From the human T2T-CHM13v2.0 reference genome, Homo sapiens, in NCBI RefSeq assembly GCF_009914755.1, contig NC_060925.1: a stretch of 64,000 bases of DNA; one strand, 5' to 3'. The notes under the pieces were generated by a model that made no database searches, was not told the DNA's origin, and saw only the letters and a list, made by a program, of their open reading frames with translations. This document shows positions 1 through 14,307 of this stretch, piece after piece (within the stretch, counting starts at the first letter, position 1; each line of letters begins with the position of its first letter). Made by a program: the position numbers and the translations under genes.

Positions 1-725
1 TTCCAACCTGGTGAGAGTCCACATTGAGATGGGCCCAGATGGAAGAGTGACCGGCAAAGCAGATGTTGAGTTTGCTACTCGGGAAGAAGCAGTGGCAGCT
101 ACCTCCAGAGACAGGGTCAGCATGTGGCACAGATACATAGAACTATTCCTGAATTTGACAACAGGGGCTAGCAATGGGGCGTACAGCAGTCGGGATGCGA
201 GGCATGGGCTTGACCACCTACAGTGACCTGAAGAGCCAGTCAGTGAGCGGCTGTGATGGGTCTGGCCACAGCGGGCAGAACAGCATGGGTGAATAGGACT
301 CGTTTTGTTAGCAACGTTTGAATTAATTCAATCAAATTTTCACAGGCCGCTAACAAGCAGTGAAGAGCAGTTATAATGAAGGAAGCTGTGGGACCCATTT
401 TGCACAAAGAGTTTGTGAAATCTGGATTTAAAAATTACCTCTTTAGGCCAGGCGCAGTGGCTCAGCCTGTAATCCCAGCACTTCGGGAGGCCTAGGTGGG
501 TGGATCACTTGAGGCCAGGAGTTCACAACCAGCCTGGCCAGCATGGTGAAACCCCTTCTCTACTAAAAATACAAAAATTAGCCGGGTAAGGTGGCAGGCG
601 CCTGTTATCCCAGCTACTCGGGAGGCTGAGGCACAAGAATCACTTGAACCCAGGAGGCGGAGGTTGCAGTGAGCCAAGATGCACCACTGCACACCAGCCT
701 GGGCAACAGAGTAAGACCCTGTCTC

Positions 726-765
<40 letters not shown>

Positions 766-1430
766 TATGCCTCTTCAGTGTTTTCTCATGCAAAATTTTC
801 TTCTACCATGTGATATTGAGTAAACTAAAACTATTTTCAGCTTTTCTCAATTAACATTTTGTTAGTATACTTCACAGAGAAGTTATCCAAGTTTAAGTAT
901 GTTACATGTGGACCTATTACACCACATCACAGTGAACACACTGGGGAGATGTGCTTTTTTGGTAAACTCAAAGGCATCAGCTCCCTGATTCAAAGAAATG
1001 TTTCTCATGTTTGTTCATTCTAATTTATATTTTCATTTAAGATCCTTTAGGTTAAGTTGAAGCTTTTTAAAAGTGAGTTTTGAAAATTGAGACACAATAC
1101 TAATACTGGAGGAATTGGTGAGGCCTTAACTTAAAACTTTCTTTGTACTGTGATTTCCTTTTGGGTGTATTCTGCCAAGTGAAACTTGTTAAATTTTTTG
1201 TTAACTAAATTTTTTTCTTAAAATGAAGACTTTTTCACAATGACTGGCACAGATTATCTACTCAGCAAAAGATAGCGAAATGACTGGGTGGTTCAAGATA
1301 ATTCATTTTAATTGTAATGTATTTAAGTGTGAATTTAAAAATAGTTTCATACATTAAATCTATGATCTCCCTTATATTCTAATAATGAGGCTAAATAAAA
1401 GTCTAATAAAAATATTTTTAAAAAATAATT
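1..1430 (+). pseudogene. Processed pseudogene of HNRNPF (qRRM3, C-terminus and 3'UTR); continues upstream of the window
   Basis: Translation [60 protein letters not shown] matches hnRNP F qRRM3. A frameshift follows, then a degenerate SQSVSGC..GQNSMG tail. An HNRNPF-like 3'UTR ends in two AATAAA (~1395, ~1405) and an A-rich tail. Possibly the annotated HNRNPFP1, but I cannot confirm that. Confidence 0.92.
446..768 (+). mobile_element. AluS (Sz/Sx-like) with A tail and (TA)n, inserted in the pseudogene 3'UTR
   Basis: GGCCAGGCGCAGTGG start, dimeric body, A-run then (TA)n; degenerate TSD TACCTCTTTA/TGCCTCTTCA. Confidence 0.95.
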
Positions 1431-2567
1431 CTGCCAGTTCTCACATCCTATGAGTCTTTCTGAAGGGTAAATACACTCATGAAAATTTAAATGTATTGTC
1501 TTATACCATTAAGCACTAAGGAAAGTAGGACTGCCCAGTTTAACCCAACAAAAGAAAGCTAAGACTAGAAATGCAAACAGAAATCCTTCATCTTTGTCCT
1601 GTACTAGGAGTTACCCTGATCTCTACCTCCCCTGCTAGCCCCCTATACTTCAGCCACTTATTCCTCTACTCTGAGAATAGTTGGGGGTGAGGGAGAGTAA
1701 TCTGGAAAGGAACCTTATAAAGTGGCCCTACTTTAGAAGACTTTGGATTCAGTCACAGACACTATTCTTGCTGATGCCCCTTGTTGGCCTTGGACTCCTT
1801 GTTCAGGTTCTGACCTCTTCTACCCAAACTCTTTGACATGAGTCTTCCCAGATCACTCTCCTCTGCCTTTTCTCCCTCCCCAGATCTGACGCCTGGATTA
1901 TATATTTCGCTTGGCTGCATGCCCTCATGTCTGCATTCCCAGCCCTGACCACCTTCAATCAGTTGAAAGTGGTGATATATTAGTCAGGCAACTCCAAAGC
2001 ACAGATTAGTTTATCTGTAGCAACAGGGCCTAAAGGAAGAAGTCCAGGGATGGTTATTTAGTGGAGCAGAGTCACTTAATAAAAGGCATTAAGCACCTTA
2101 GAAGCCTGAAGGTGTGAGCAAATTGTTTTATACACTGCACTTGCAATTATGTGTGAAAGTTTTCACACACCTGGCTTCCTAGATACATAGCCTTTTGAAA
2201 ATAATGCATTTGGAAATGCAATTTAATCAACTTCTTAATTTGAAAAAGCATTATCTAGGTCCCTGACAGATATTGTGTTGGAACACTGGGGCCATACCTG
2301 AAGTTACGGGGACCTCAGGGAAGAGTTGATATGGAAAGAATCCTGGTTGGAAATAGTTTTTCTAGAAATAGTTAGAAATTAAAAAATTAACTAGCATGCT
2401 GCTAGTTAACTTTGTTCTTTCCTCTGGCCTTGCAAGATTCATGGGAAAAGACCTTCAGCACTGTTGTGATTGAATCATTTCACATTTTATGACCAGATAA
2501 CCTTTGCATATAGAGATGACTGGGACAATAGTCCCATTCTTGAGGAGCTCAGGAGGAAAAGGACACT

Positions 2568-3980
2568 ACATCAGTCAGGTCCAGCAGGAAACAGAGCTCA
2601 CCCCATTTAACTCAATGAGATCTCAATCAAGGGAGGACTTAGAGAAGTGTGGGCAGAGCTGGTGACGCATCCAGATACCAACAACAGCAGAGAACCATTA
2701 CCACCCCCAATAATGAAGAGACAAGCAGAGGGAACAGGAGAGTGGGAACCATGGAGGAGGGGCTCCCTCAGGAGCTGCAGTTAGACAAAGATCTGGCTTC
2801 TACCAGAGGGGAGGCTTCAAGGCTAGGACCATGGGAGAAACTGCCTTGACCTCTCTTGCCTCCCATTCTCTAATACCCTGCAAATGCATATCACCCACTA
2901 ACTCAGACAGATAACCTACTAGCAAGGGAGTCCGGATGACAGTCTATAGGGATCAGCCTCCTGGGGGAAGAACTAAGGCAGATGTAGATAACCGATATGG
3001 CAGCATAAACAAAGAATAATCAAACCAGAACACCCCATTTTCCACCCAGGTCCCATTTTTTTTCCCTTCATTTAAATGATGAGAATCCCATCCCAAACAC
3101 AAGGAGACACATGAGTCATCAGCCACTGTGTTATTACTGGTGACATCATTTCAAATGTACTCTCACCTGGACCCTAAATTTTGAGGTTGGCTACCATCAG
3201 CACTCTTCATGTAAAATAGTATGGAGAAGGGGAGGGGAGGGCAAGATAATTGGCATAAAATAAGTATGGCTTCTATGGTCTCCCCTTCTGTAGTCTTTCA
3301 TGAGGCCGGAGCAAATAATCACCGCTTCCTTTTATTCCGTGATCACTTTATCCTCTACCAAACACTTATCACCTTATCTTGAGAAGGTCTGAGATCCAAA
3401 CCTTCATCCCCAAATAGCTGAGCCCTTACTAGTCCTCTCTGCAGTAGGTGGTCAGTTTCCCACTGACCTTCATTATTGGACATGGAAGTCCTGGAAGTGA
3501 CCCCAGAAATCCCCTGAGTTTAAAATATAGTCTTCCCAGCCCTATTGCATGGCAGCAACCCACTTTCTTCTTGGTACTCAATATAGTGATCCCTCCTCTT
3601 CCTATTGGTTCAATGGTGTGAGTTCCAAAATGGCCAAAGACAGGCTCAGCTTCCAATTCCTTGGTGGTAACATTCCTCCCTTAGGGATATTCAGGCTCAA
3701 GATCATGGAGATGGAAAGCAAAAGTTCTATTAAGTGGAGAATTAGCTGTGATAGTTACAAGGGTCACTCCTAATGCTTCCCCGTGTTTCCCAGCCCACAG
3801 GTCGTGCTAGGAAGGAGACGGGACCAGATATTGACTGCTGGTTTAAAGTATATGCTAATCCTACAGGTGAGCTCAAGCCTTGCATGGTGTCATATCCCAG
3901 TTGGCCTACTGAACCCTCACTACATACACCTTAGAAGCCCTGTGTTGAAGATGACAGCGCTGCAGTCAATCTTTGTCCTT
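2568..3980 (-). mobile_element. Old ERVL-type LTR (LTR33/41-like) plus internal fragment
   Basis: TCAGTCAGGTCCAGCAGGAAACAGA resembles an ERVL LTR end in reverse complement; GGTGGTAACATTCCTCCCTT resembles ERVL-int. Confidence 0.5.
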
Positions 3981-4559
3981 GGATGACAATGTGGAGTGCA
4001 GCTGCCCACCAGTCTAAAACACTCATTTTGGAATTGTTATGTATGAGAGAAATGCATCCCTATCTAATTTAAGCTATTCTACTTTACCGTCTCCTAGTTA
4101 CATTATTTTAACATTGCCCTAATTAAGACAGCCATCTTGGCTGTTAGCGTAGCCCTAACTTATGCTTTTTCTGGTTAAGTTGTGAGGAGTGTCGGTTGGG
4201 GTGGAGGGTGGAGAGAGGGGAGGGCCTCTGGTCTTATAATCTAGGCTTAAATATGCTGATTTGCTGCAGAGTCCCCGCTGGGCAACGCTGTGCCTCAGAA
4301 AACCACCCCATACCTTGATTCCAAGCGCTGCTCTTCCTCGGTGTCCTCCCTCTATGGTAGACAGCTCCCAGGTGATTCTTAGTGTCTTTCCAGTGGTTTT
4401 TCAGATTCCTCCCTCTTCTGTGGTTCCCTCTCCCTTCTGAGGCATTGTCAGGGAAGGGTTGAGTAACTGGTGCTGGTTCCCCATCCTGCGTTGAGATGAG
4501 GCCGTGGAGGGCCCGTAGCAGGGGGAGGAGTAGGAATTCTAGGAAGGCAGCTATATATT

Positions 4560-4830
4560 ATATCACTTCATTCCTATGACATTTCCAGAACAGGTAAATC
4601 CATAGAGACAGGATGCAGATTCACAGTTTCCAGGGTCTAAGGGGTGGCAGGAATAGAGGGTGACTGCTTAATAGGTAGGGTTTTTCATCTGGGGATAGTA
4701 AGAATGTTCTGGAATAAAACAGTGGTGATGGTCGCACAACCTTGTAAGAACCACTGAATTGTTTACTCTAAAATGACCAAAATGGTGAATTTTATGTTAT
4801 ACTAATTTATCACAATAAAAAAACAATAAA
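4560..4830 (+). mobile_element. L1MB-like 3' end
   Basis: GGTAAATCCATAGAGACAG...GAATGTTCTGG...CCACTGAATTG...GTGAATTTTATG...AATAAA. Confidence 0.75.
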
Positions 4831-5775
4831 GTGGTTGGATTTTATTCTAATTGAGTAAGAAGATGGTGGAGGATTATAGGGGTGAATCTGGCAGTGACTG
4901 AAGTAAACAGAGCTGTAAAAGAATCATTTGACCTTGTAGTCCTGCTTGGAACATCTGTTTCCTCCTGCATGGGGGGTGATGGGGATGGAAGGGAGTAGGG
5001 GGACAGCAGGCAGAGTAGAGGATGCTGACACCAGAGAGGGCAAAAGGCAAGCTGCTGGGCTAGGCATCATTTCTAGACTTTCCTGATTGACATGGATTTT
5101 TTGTTGTTTTTGTTCATTTATTTTTTTTTCAATTACTCAGCATTCTAATACCTTCCTATGTGGGGAGAATCCAAATGGGAGGGGTCCTCCTTTGTAAACC
5201 TTCGTTATAGGTAGGAATCTTCTCTCTGTGCCCTGTCCCACACCCCCACCTGCCAACCACACTTGGTCTCAGACATCTAACCCAGCCCAGCTAACGAGAT
5301 ATTCCTTCTGGGACTTGGAATCATGACGAGTGATGCAAAGACACAGATGAGAGCAGGTGAGAGTACACAGAACAGCTGCGCCACCAAGGATGAGAGTCCA
5401 CTGGCTGCTGTGTTGTGCAAGATCTGGGGCTTTGGCATTGCATGTTCAGGGGCAGCTGTGCCTGGCAGCATCGTTACCAGACCAATTCTGAGGGGTGACC
5501 TTGGCTTTGGCAGCCGCTCCCTGACCTCTTGTTGTGGTTATTTTCTGAGCATAGTTCACCAGCCTCATTTCAATTCTCAAACTACCCAATATCCTTCCAA
5601 TAAATTCCTTGACTGTTCAAGTTAGCCTGAGCTTGTTTCTGTTGCTTTGAACTAGGAACCCTGTTACATTAATGTAGTCTTAACCACCTCCCTTCAAAAC
5701 AGAAAACATGGTACATCCCAGTTAAATGCCTATGACTCCTTGCAAAATTAAAATACTGTCTGCGCCTTGATTCTT

Positions 5776-5799
5776 GTGTGTGTGTGTGTGTGTGTGTGT
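5776..5799. repeat. (TG)n microsatellite
   Basis: Direct observation. Confidence 0.95.
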
Positions 5800-6224
5800 A
5801 TTTCACTTTAAAGATTACAGATGTGAAAACAAAATGCATTTCCATGTACTGAGTTATTGTAGCTATGGTGATGAGCAGACAGAGCACTGCTCTAACAATT
5901 AGAAGACCAGGCCACAGCTAGTTGTGTAACCCTGGGCAAGTCAGTTTCTTCTCTGTTCAGGCTGAGATAAACTGTGAGCCCTTTTCTAGTGTTTGAGATT
6001 CTGTGATTCAGGAATGCAAAAGAAATCATTTATATTAACACCATGCCTAGGAAAACAAACTATTTTCTCTCACAAACAGGCACAGTCTGACTCAATCTCA
6101 TACAACTAAGATAACTTCAGTTGTCAATCTGTACTTCATCTATTAAATAATGCATATCATTGTAGACAAGCCACAAAAGTTAACAACAGCCTCATCTCTC
6201 TGTGGGAATGTCATCTGCAATGAT

Positions 6225-6600
6225 AATACTAACAAGAGCTCACGCTTGGATTGCATTTACTACATGCCACAGCTCTAGGAGTATTGCATATATGAGCTCA
6301 TTCAATCCTTACAGCAGCCTCAGAAAGTAAGTGCTATTATTATCCCATTTACAGATGAAGAAAGAGAAGCACAGAGAGGTTGGGAAACTTGCCCAAAGTC
6401 ACTCAGTCAGTAGGTGACAGAACTCAAACTCAAATTATCTGGCTCTAGAATCCAACCACTTTGTGTGTGTGTGTGTGTGTGTGTGTGAAAATCCACATAA
6501 CATAAATTCACCATTTTAGCCATCTTAAATCATACAATTCAGTGGTATTTAGTACACTCACAGAATCCATGCTTTTAATGATACACTATACTACCAAAAC
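6225..6600 (-). mobile_element. MIR, interrupted by (TG)n and a short L1M 3' fragment (~6460-6565)
   Basis: MIR core ATTATCCCATTTACAGATGAAGAAAGAGAAGCACAGAGAGGTT...TTGCCCAAAGTCAC. Confidence 0.8.
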
Positions 6601-7303
6601 TAGATCTATCATCAAATAAATAAACTGTAATTACAATCAGTTTTACAGACGAAGAGATAGTGAGATAGGGCTGTCGTTTCTTTCATCCATTTCAGTGTAT
6701 TCAATAGTAGTAATGTAATTTCCAAATGAAGATTATAGAGTTGTGATGTGATTCCTGGGGTCTTAGGAAGCTTTTAGCTCTAGTCTACTTTTTGCCTCTA
6801 AGAAAGCTGCATCTAATCTTAATCAGCCTGGAAAGATGAGTGTCCATCACATTTTAATACTTCAGCAGAGGATGGAGCAAGGGAATCCCAAGCTTCCTCT
6901 AAGGGCTGGTCCCACTATTTAAGGACACCTATCAACAGAAAGTCCTGACCTATGTCCTCATTCACAAATGAATGCATTCAGCTTTTCCCTGATTTTAGGG
7001 ATGGAGAGGCAGGTGTTGAAATACGTTGGTCAGCATTTCCTCTGCAATAATAATTCTAATGACAGCTCACACTTGGATAGCATTTACTAAATGCCATTGT
7101 TCTAAGAGTTTTGCATATATGATAATCCTTTATGACCTGGCTGTGTGTGGCATTGGGTAAATTATTATTACTTCTTCTAAACAGTCTCTCTTGTGACAGT
7201 CATTCACTCAGCAACTCCTGATGGCACCTGTTTTGCACCAGGCGCTGAGCTGAACCCTGGAAGCAGGAAGGATTGCCAGATAGTTGGGTGGGTAAGTATT
7301 GGG

Positions 7304-7541
7304 CAGTGTTTCTCAGCATGGTTGGGGAGGGGGTTACCAGTTAATCTTTCCAAAATACAATGTTCACTCTCACTGGGTCCTGACGTACCACATAAGTTGT
7401 CGGGGCTAGAGTGGCAGGTGGGTTTGGGAGTGGTGCATTTCAAAAAAATCCCTCCCAGATACATCTCATTTTCCTTATTCTCCCCCCAACCACCATTGAC
7501 CAAACCCCCAACCCAAGCACATCTATTCGTTTAGAACCATT
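7304..7541. mobile_element. MER5-like hAT-Charlie DNA transposon
   Basis: Degenerate TIRs CAGTGTTTCTCA ... TTAGAACCATTG. Confidence 0.55.
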
Positions 7542-8589
7542 GAAATTGGTGATTTCCGAGGCTACTTTGGGCTCTAAAATTCTATGGTGCATTCTCAATT
7601 CAACATTCCTTAGGCGTCTACTCTGTGCTAAGCACAGGAGCTACAGAGGAGAATAAGATCTTGGTAGACACAGTCCCTGCCCCCGTCCACTCTCGTTCTG
7701 GTTGAGACACAGACAAGCAAAACAACAGTATCAATATAACATGAGGGACCTGGAGTACAGGGAAGTATTTCATGAACTGAACATCCCCTCGGGTGACACT
7801 TCAACTTTCTCTTCTCCAGAATAAGTGATTCTTTTGCCTTCTTTTCTAAGCTCTTATTTCCCAATGATCAAACAATATCATCAACATCTGACAAGTTCTG
7901 AATCTGATGCATCTGCCTTCCTTCTGGTTTCAGATGCAAAGCATATTCTCCACACAGCCTCACACCAGTTCCAAACCCTGCATGCTAACATTTCTCTGCC
8001 GAAAGGCCTTTTTAATGAGGAACTTGGTTCAGGCATCAGCTATAGAACATTAATATTCATGGTTAGTATTTGTAAAAACCTTTATTTTAATCTTTTGTTT
8101 CTGTTGAGGGGGGAGTGTTAAAATGGCCAGAAATTCCCAATTCCCATTTATTCTATCCAGGCCTCTATTTTCAGAGTATTTTCTTTTTGGCTTCCATTAT
8201 TTCATTGGGGTTGGCAATGAAAGTTAGTCCTACTCCTGTCCAAGTGTTAAATGGATACTCATGTGTCTTTTTGCCACATTGGTATACTTAATTTTATTCC
8301 AAATAGGATTTTTCTTTTTTCCCCTCTGCATGCAAATGTGTTACCCTTTCAGTGTTTGCATAATAGCAGTAATTCTTTCATTTGTACAAAAGGACATGCA
8401 TTATTTTGGCAGATAGATGGAGCTTTGATGGAGAGATTATTACATTTCCAAAAGCAAAGAGAATAAATGAGAATTTAGCTAGACGCTGACTAAACACCCC
8501 CTTCCCCCAACTCCACTGATCATGAGCCAAGTGTCTAACACACTATACTTTCCTCCCAGACAACAAACCTTGCAGAACAGTAGGACCTT

Positions 8590-9000
8590 GCCGGCTGTTC
8601 TCGGTTCTCTGCCCTTCTCTGCGTGGCTCTGTGGACTGTATCACTTGGCCTCCCTTGCCCTACAGCTTCTGGCTGGTTAAGCCAATAGGAGGCACCAGCA
8701 TGAGAATGGAGGATGGGAGTAGAGGGAAGCTGGGCTATTTATTTTCCTGCTCCCTCCCTGCCTTTCCATAGGTCAAGCAGTAGTTGTACCCCTCCAAGGC
8801 CACAGATCAGTTGAGGAGCCCCTCTTCTACAAGTCCAGCTCTCACTGGACTCTGGTAATCCCCTTCCTGCTCCTCACTGCCTCTAGCAAGATCCACAGAG
8901 CTTCATTACCCCTTGTCGACTAACCCTGCCCATATCCATGTAAATATTCCTTATACTCAACACTTTGAGTGTGCCATCTTTTTCCTTAGGACACTGAGAG
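8590..9000 (+). mobile_element. ERVL LTR (LTR33-like)
   Basis: AGCCAATAGGAGGCACCAGCA...TTTGAGTGTGCCATCT motifs. Confidence 0.6.
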
Positions 9001-9199
9001 AAGCATCATATTCCCAACACTTCACTTAGCTAACTAGATCCTCCCTCCTCCTCCAAAAACAAACAAATACATAGCACTGGGAAAGTAATAAAGAAGTCCA
9101 AAACCACTGAGGTCTATAGGTATCTACATGTCACCTCAAAGTGTTTAGACACTGCACAAGGCAGAAGAGGAGTTTTCCCTAGGCGCATCTAGCTTCACT

Positions 9200-9700
9200 G
9201 CAGTCATGTAGATGATTGGCATCTGTTGGTTTTGCCTGTCACTGGGTCACCTTCTTCTGGTCACAGTTCCCTGATTTTCCTTGGGGAGCTACCTCTTCAA
9301 TTCTCTTAGTACATGTGGATTGGATGGGGCTGTTCTCACCCTCAGCTCAGAGAAAATATAAGACCCCCAGCTCGGCCACTCAGGCCATCATTTCCTCCAG
9401 GCCACAGCAATTGGTTCAGGGATGGGCAGGTGATCTAAGCCAGGCCAATGGAAACCAGTTAGATAAAATTCTAGGACTTTGGCTGGAGCAGCTAGAGAGG
9501 AGTAGAGCCCACCTGAGAACTGAAAAATCACAGAGAAAGCAGTCAATAAATGAGGAGAGGATAACTGGGCTCTGATCATGTCATTTGCATGCTGGATCAA
9601 GCCTAGCCTTGCTCTTGCAATTACATGAACAAAAGGTTCTGTCATTTCATTTGTTTCAGCTGGGTTACCATCAGGGAAAGAATCCTGACTACTACATTGA
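9200..9700 (+). mobile_element. Old MaLR LTR (MLT1J/K/L-like)
   Basis: TTGGTTCAGGGATGGGCAGGTGATCTAAGCCAGGCCAAT motif. Confidence 0.55.
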
Positions 9701-11433
9701 AGATGGAAGCTCTTTATACACTCAGAACCATCATGGACTGGGTAAGGGGGAGGCAGAGAAGAAAACAGAATTGAATATTTCTAGATCACGTATTATTGTG
9801 TGCTGTAGAATAGAGCACATATTAATGTAGGTTAATTCATTTAATCCTCAAAATGACTTTACTCAGCTAAATTGAGGAACTTGCTAAGTGCCATACAATT
9901 AGTAAATGGCAGAGTTAAGTTCAAACCAAGGACACTCTGCCTGCAAAGATATACTTGCTCTGCTCTGATGTGCTGCCATTATCATCATCATCTCCATCAT
10001 CTGCCTCCTCACTGTTACCATCACCATCATCTTCAGGATGCTCCCTGAGGATCTGGACCATAGCGGTAGGAAGCTGAGCTTTCTAACTCAGAAAACAGAC
10101 CTTCAAACATATAAGTAAATGAGTGTGCAAATAACTATAGCAAGAAGTACAAAGTGATCAGTACCACCAAAGAGGAGCAGATATCATGTTGAGAAAGATT
10201 ACTTCCATCTGAGGTAGACCTCTAGAAATGGCTGAAGGAAATCCAAAGACAGGAAGGAGTCTCAACAGAGGCATTAGGGATAGGAATGTCAGATCATAAA
10301 AGATTCAGTTTGCACATTTACAACCTAAACTAATATAGTTCTGGTGCCCCAAGGTTCTGTCCTTGCCTCCCTTCTCTATTTTCTCTTGACGTCCTTCCTT
10401 AGCAATAACAAGGCCAGAAAGCTGACAACCCCCCAATCTCCCATTTACCACAGTGCTTGGCACAGTCCCTTTAAACTTCAGGGCAAAGAGTGGAGAGTCA
10501 TACAGTCTTCCAATGTAAATATGCCTACTCTTCAGTGGCGTTCACCTTAAGGTCCAAGGAATAGTGAACTGGCAACTGGAACTGGTATTGAAGGTGAACC
10601 TAGAAGCCTCTAAACGTGTCCTTAAAGACCCAGCATGTCTAGGCTCCTATTCAGCTCCCAAAGAAAGAAGTGTCATATATCCTAACATTGACACTTGTTC
10701 CAAAGATGATGTGAATTCAGCCCTGGAGATACAGCCCTTTTTCTCTTTAGCAGAAACCCTGCTTCTGACCTCTCCTTTCCCCTCTAGATGTCTCATTACT
10801 CTTTGAATGAGACACAAGCTTTTCTACACGCATCACTGTCTTGTTTTAGCATACTTCCTCCCTCCATCCATCAACAAAAGGTGTTGCACTGATGCTAAAC
10901 CAGGCACAAAGACCAACCCCCAAGTCAGTGTGTCTGCCAAGTAAAACACATGAAAACTTGGTGCACTATTTTTAAAAGCAAGTTAAATAAGGTGCCTTTA
11001 AAGTTGAGTCCCCCGGGATTGTACTGAATCCCTAGGTTCTTGGTTTTATGACCACAAGGGACCAAGCAGGTTGGCTTTAATTGTTAAACTAGGCCACTTA
11101 AGCCACGGAGCCCTTGTCTAACAGGACAATATTTATAGGGATTGCATCATCGCATAGTCGAACTGTTCTTCTCAGACTGAGATCATCCTTTAGTTTGCTG
11201 GGATATTTTTTAAACTCCAGGAGGAAGAAAGAAACCTTCTCTTCATTAATAGAAACTACTAATAAGAGTAGAAGAGTACAATAATGTTGAAATGATAACA
11301 TTTTAGCCACATGAAAAGCAGGAACTTAATATTTTCTACCGGAAAGATTTTTGATTCACAGCTATTGAAAATTTGAAGATGATATTTTGGCCGCTGGAGG
11401 CTGGGACAAATTTGATTAAAATTACTAGACAAG

Positions 11434-11768
<335 letters not shown>

Positions 11769-11847
11769 TCAAATTTTCTTCAAAAACCACATTCCTGTGG
11801 TTTTATATAACACTATTGTTCATGTGGTACAGATTGATGTGGTTTTC

Positions 11848-13694
11848 TTTTTTATTTTTTTCATCAACTTCTATTTTCCGGAGTACATGTGCAGAATGTG
11901 CAGATTTTGTTACCTAGGTCAACGTGTGCCATGGTGGTTTGCTGCACATATCATCCCATCGCCTAGGTATTAAGCCCAGCATCCATTAGCTATTTTTTCC
12001 TAATGCTCTCCCTCTCCCCACCACATCCCTCAACAGGCCCCAGTGTGTGTTGCTCCCCTCCCTGTGTCCACGTGTTCTCATTGTTCAGCTCCCACTTATA
12101 AGTGAGAATATGCAGTGTTTGGGTTTCTGTTCCTGCATTCATTTGCTGAGGATAATGGCTTCCAGCTCGATTCATGTCACTGCAAAGGACATAATCTCAT
12201 TCCTTTTCATGGCTGCATAGTATTCCATGGTGTATATGTACCACATTTTCTTTATCCAGTCTACCACTGATGGGCATTTGGGTTGATTCCATGTCTTTGC
12301 TATTGTGAATAGTGCTGCAGTGAACATATGTGTGCATGTATCTTTATAACAGAATGATTTATATTCCTTTGGGTATATATCCAGTAATGGGATTGCTGAG
12401 TCAAATGGTATTTCTGGTTCTAGATCTTTGAGCAATCGCCACACTGTCTTCCACAATGGTTGAACTAATTTACGCTCCCACCAACAGTGTAAAAGCATTC
12501 CTTTTTCTCTGCAACCTCCCCAGCATCTGTTGTTTCTTGACATTTTAATAATCGCCATTCTGACTGGTGTGAGATGGCATTTCATCATGGTTTTAATTTG
12601 CATTTCTGCAACGATCATGACTGCATGAATGTCTTCTTTTGAGAAGTGTCTGTTCATGTCCTTTGCCCACTTTTTAATGGGGTTGTTTGTTTTATTCTTG
12701 TAAATTTGTTTAAGTTCCTTGTAGAATCTGGATATTAGATCTTTGTCAAATGGATAGATGGCACACTTTTTCTCCCATTCTGTAGGTTGTCTGTTCACTC
12801 CAATGATAGTTTCTTTTCCTGTGCAGAAGCTCTTTAGTTTAATTAAGTCCCATTTGTCAATTTTTGCTTTTGTTACAATTGCTTTTGGTGTTTTCATCAT
12901 GAAATCTTTGCCCATGCCTATGTCCTGAATGGTATTGCCTAGATTTTCATCTAGGGTTTTTATGGTTTTGGGTTTTACATTTAAATCTTTAATCCATCTT
13001 GAGTTGGTTTTTGTATAAAGTGTAAAGAATGGGTCCAATTTTAATTTTCTGCATATGGCTAGCCAGTTCTCCCAGCACCATTTATTAAAAAGGTAAAAAT
13101 ACCTTTCCCCATTGCTTGTTTTGGTCAGGTTTATCAAAGATCAGATGGTTGCAAGCATGTGGTCTTATTTCTGAGTTCTCTATTCTGTTCCATTGGTCTG
13201 TGTGTCTATTTTTGTACCAGTACCATGATGTTTTGGTTACTGTAGCCTTGTAGTATAGTTTGAACTTGGGTAATGTGATACCTCCAGCTTTGTTCTTTTT
13301 TCTTAGGATTGTCTTGACTATACAAGCTCTTTTTTGGTTCCATATGAATTTTAAAATAGTTTTTCTAATTCTATGAAGAATGTCAATGGTAGTTTAATGG
13401 GAATAGCATTGAGTCTATAAATTACTTTGGGTAGTATGACCACTTTCATGATACTGATTCTTCCTATCCATGAGCATGGAATATTTTTCCATTTGTTTGT
13501 ACCCTCTCTGATTTCCTTGAGCAGCGGTTTATAGTTCTCATTGAAGAGGTCCTTCACTTCCCTTTTTAGCTGTATTCCTAGGCATTTTATTCTCTTCATA
13601 GCAATTGTGAATGGGAGTTCATTCATGATTTGGCTCTCTGCATGCCTGTTGTTGGTGTATAGGAATGCTAGCAATTTTTGCACTTTGATTTTGT
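11848..13694 (-). mobile_element. 5'-truncated L1PA (L1PA8-like), ORF2 C-terminal half plus 3'UTR
   Basis: ORFs 12172-13137 and 13351-13728 are L1 ORF2; T-rich tail at ~11850; 16-bp TSD GATTGATGTGGTTTTC (11832-11847 and 13695-13710). Confidence 0.95.
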
Positions 13695-13864
13695 GATTGA
13701 TGTGGTTTTCATTGTTTGGACTACCCATAATATACGTATACTGTAGAAGAGTGAGTTTATTTTTCTGTTACTCTTTCAGATGAACTTTCCAGTCATGTCA
13801 TAACATCATGATTTTGTTGTTTTATTTATCAAAGCTAGTTGACACACATATGATTTACTCATAA

Positions 13865-14125
13865 TGGTCACAATGGCTAACATTTGTTGGGCACTTCCTG
13901 TGTGCCAGGTGCTGTGCATATGAATTTCATACATATTATGTCATTTAATTCTCAAGCAGTTCTATCAGTTCCTATTATTACCACCACATTAAAGATGAGG
14001 AAAAGGAAGCTTAAAAAGTAGTGTAAGCTGCCCAAAGTCATAAACCTAGTAATCAGTGGAACTGGAACTTAAAGCCAAGACTGAGTGATTCCCAGAAATT
14101 CCCAAGCCTCTTCGCCACTATATCA
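13865..14125 (-). mobile_element. MIR
   Basis: TCATTTAATTCTCA...AGATGAGGAAAAGGAAGCTT...GCCCAAAGTCA core. Confidence 0.75.
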
Positions 14126-14270
14126 GGCTGACTTTTATTGACAAATGGATTGTGCACTTTCTCTATCCAGTTCTGAAGTTGAATTGTAGAGTTTTTTAAG
14201 ATGGTTTTCTGGGGGAGATGCCATGTTCTATGAAGGGCACAGAAATCCTCAACAAATACAACAGACTTTT

Positions 14271-14307
14271 GTGCTTACTTAGGCAGCACATATACTAAAA
14301 TTGGAAC
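14271..14307 (+). pseudogene. 3'-truncated (tailless) U6 snRNA retropseudogene
   Basis: GTGCTTACTTAGGCAGCACATATACTAAAATTGGAAC equals U6 nt 1-37 (34/37 identical); 20-bp TSD AACAAATACAACAGACTTTT. Confidence 0.93.

Noticed and set aside
11098-11310. ORF ending RRTVRLCDDAI...DKGSVA, faintly like a butyrophilin IgV strand
   Set aside because: Spacing is wrong, the IgV Cys/Trp framework is absent, and a stop follows immediately.
12440-12610. L1 at 12 kb as the source of the 56852-57013 insert (both have ACCATGATG and AAAATGTCAAG)
   Set aside because: Many other positions differ (GGTTGCAGAGAAAAAG vs GGCTGTGGAGAAATAG), so there is no identity tract.
12172-13137. 321-aa ORF, the longest in the window
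   Set aside because: It is L1 ORF2 C-terminus from a truncated copy with an in-frame deletion, not a host gene.
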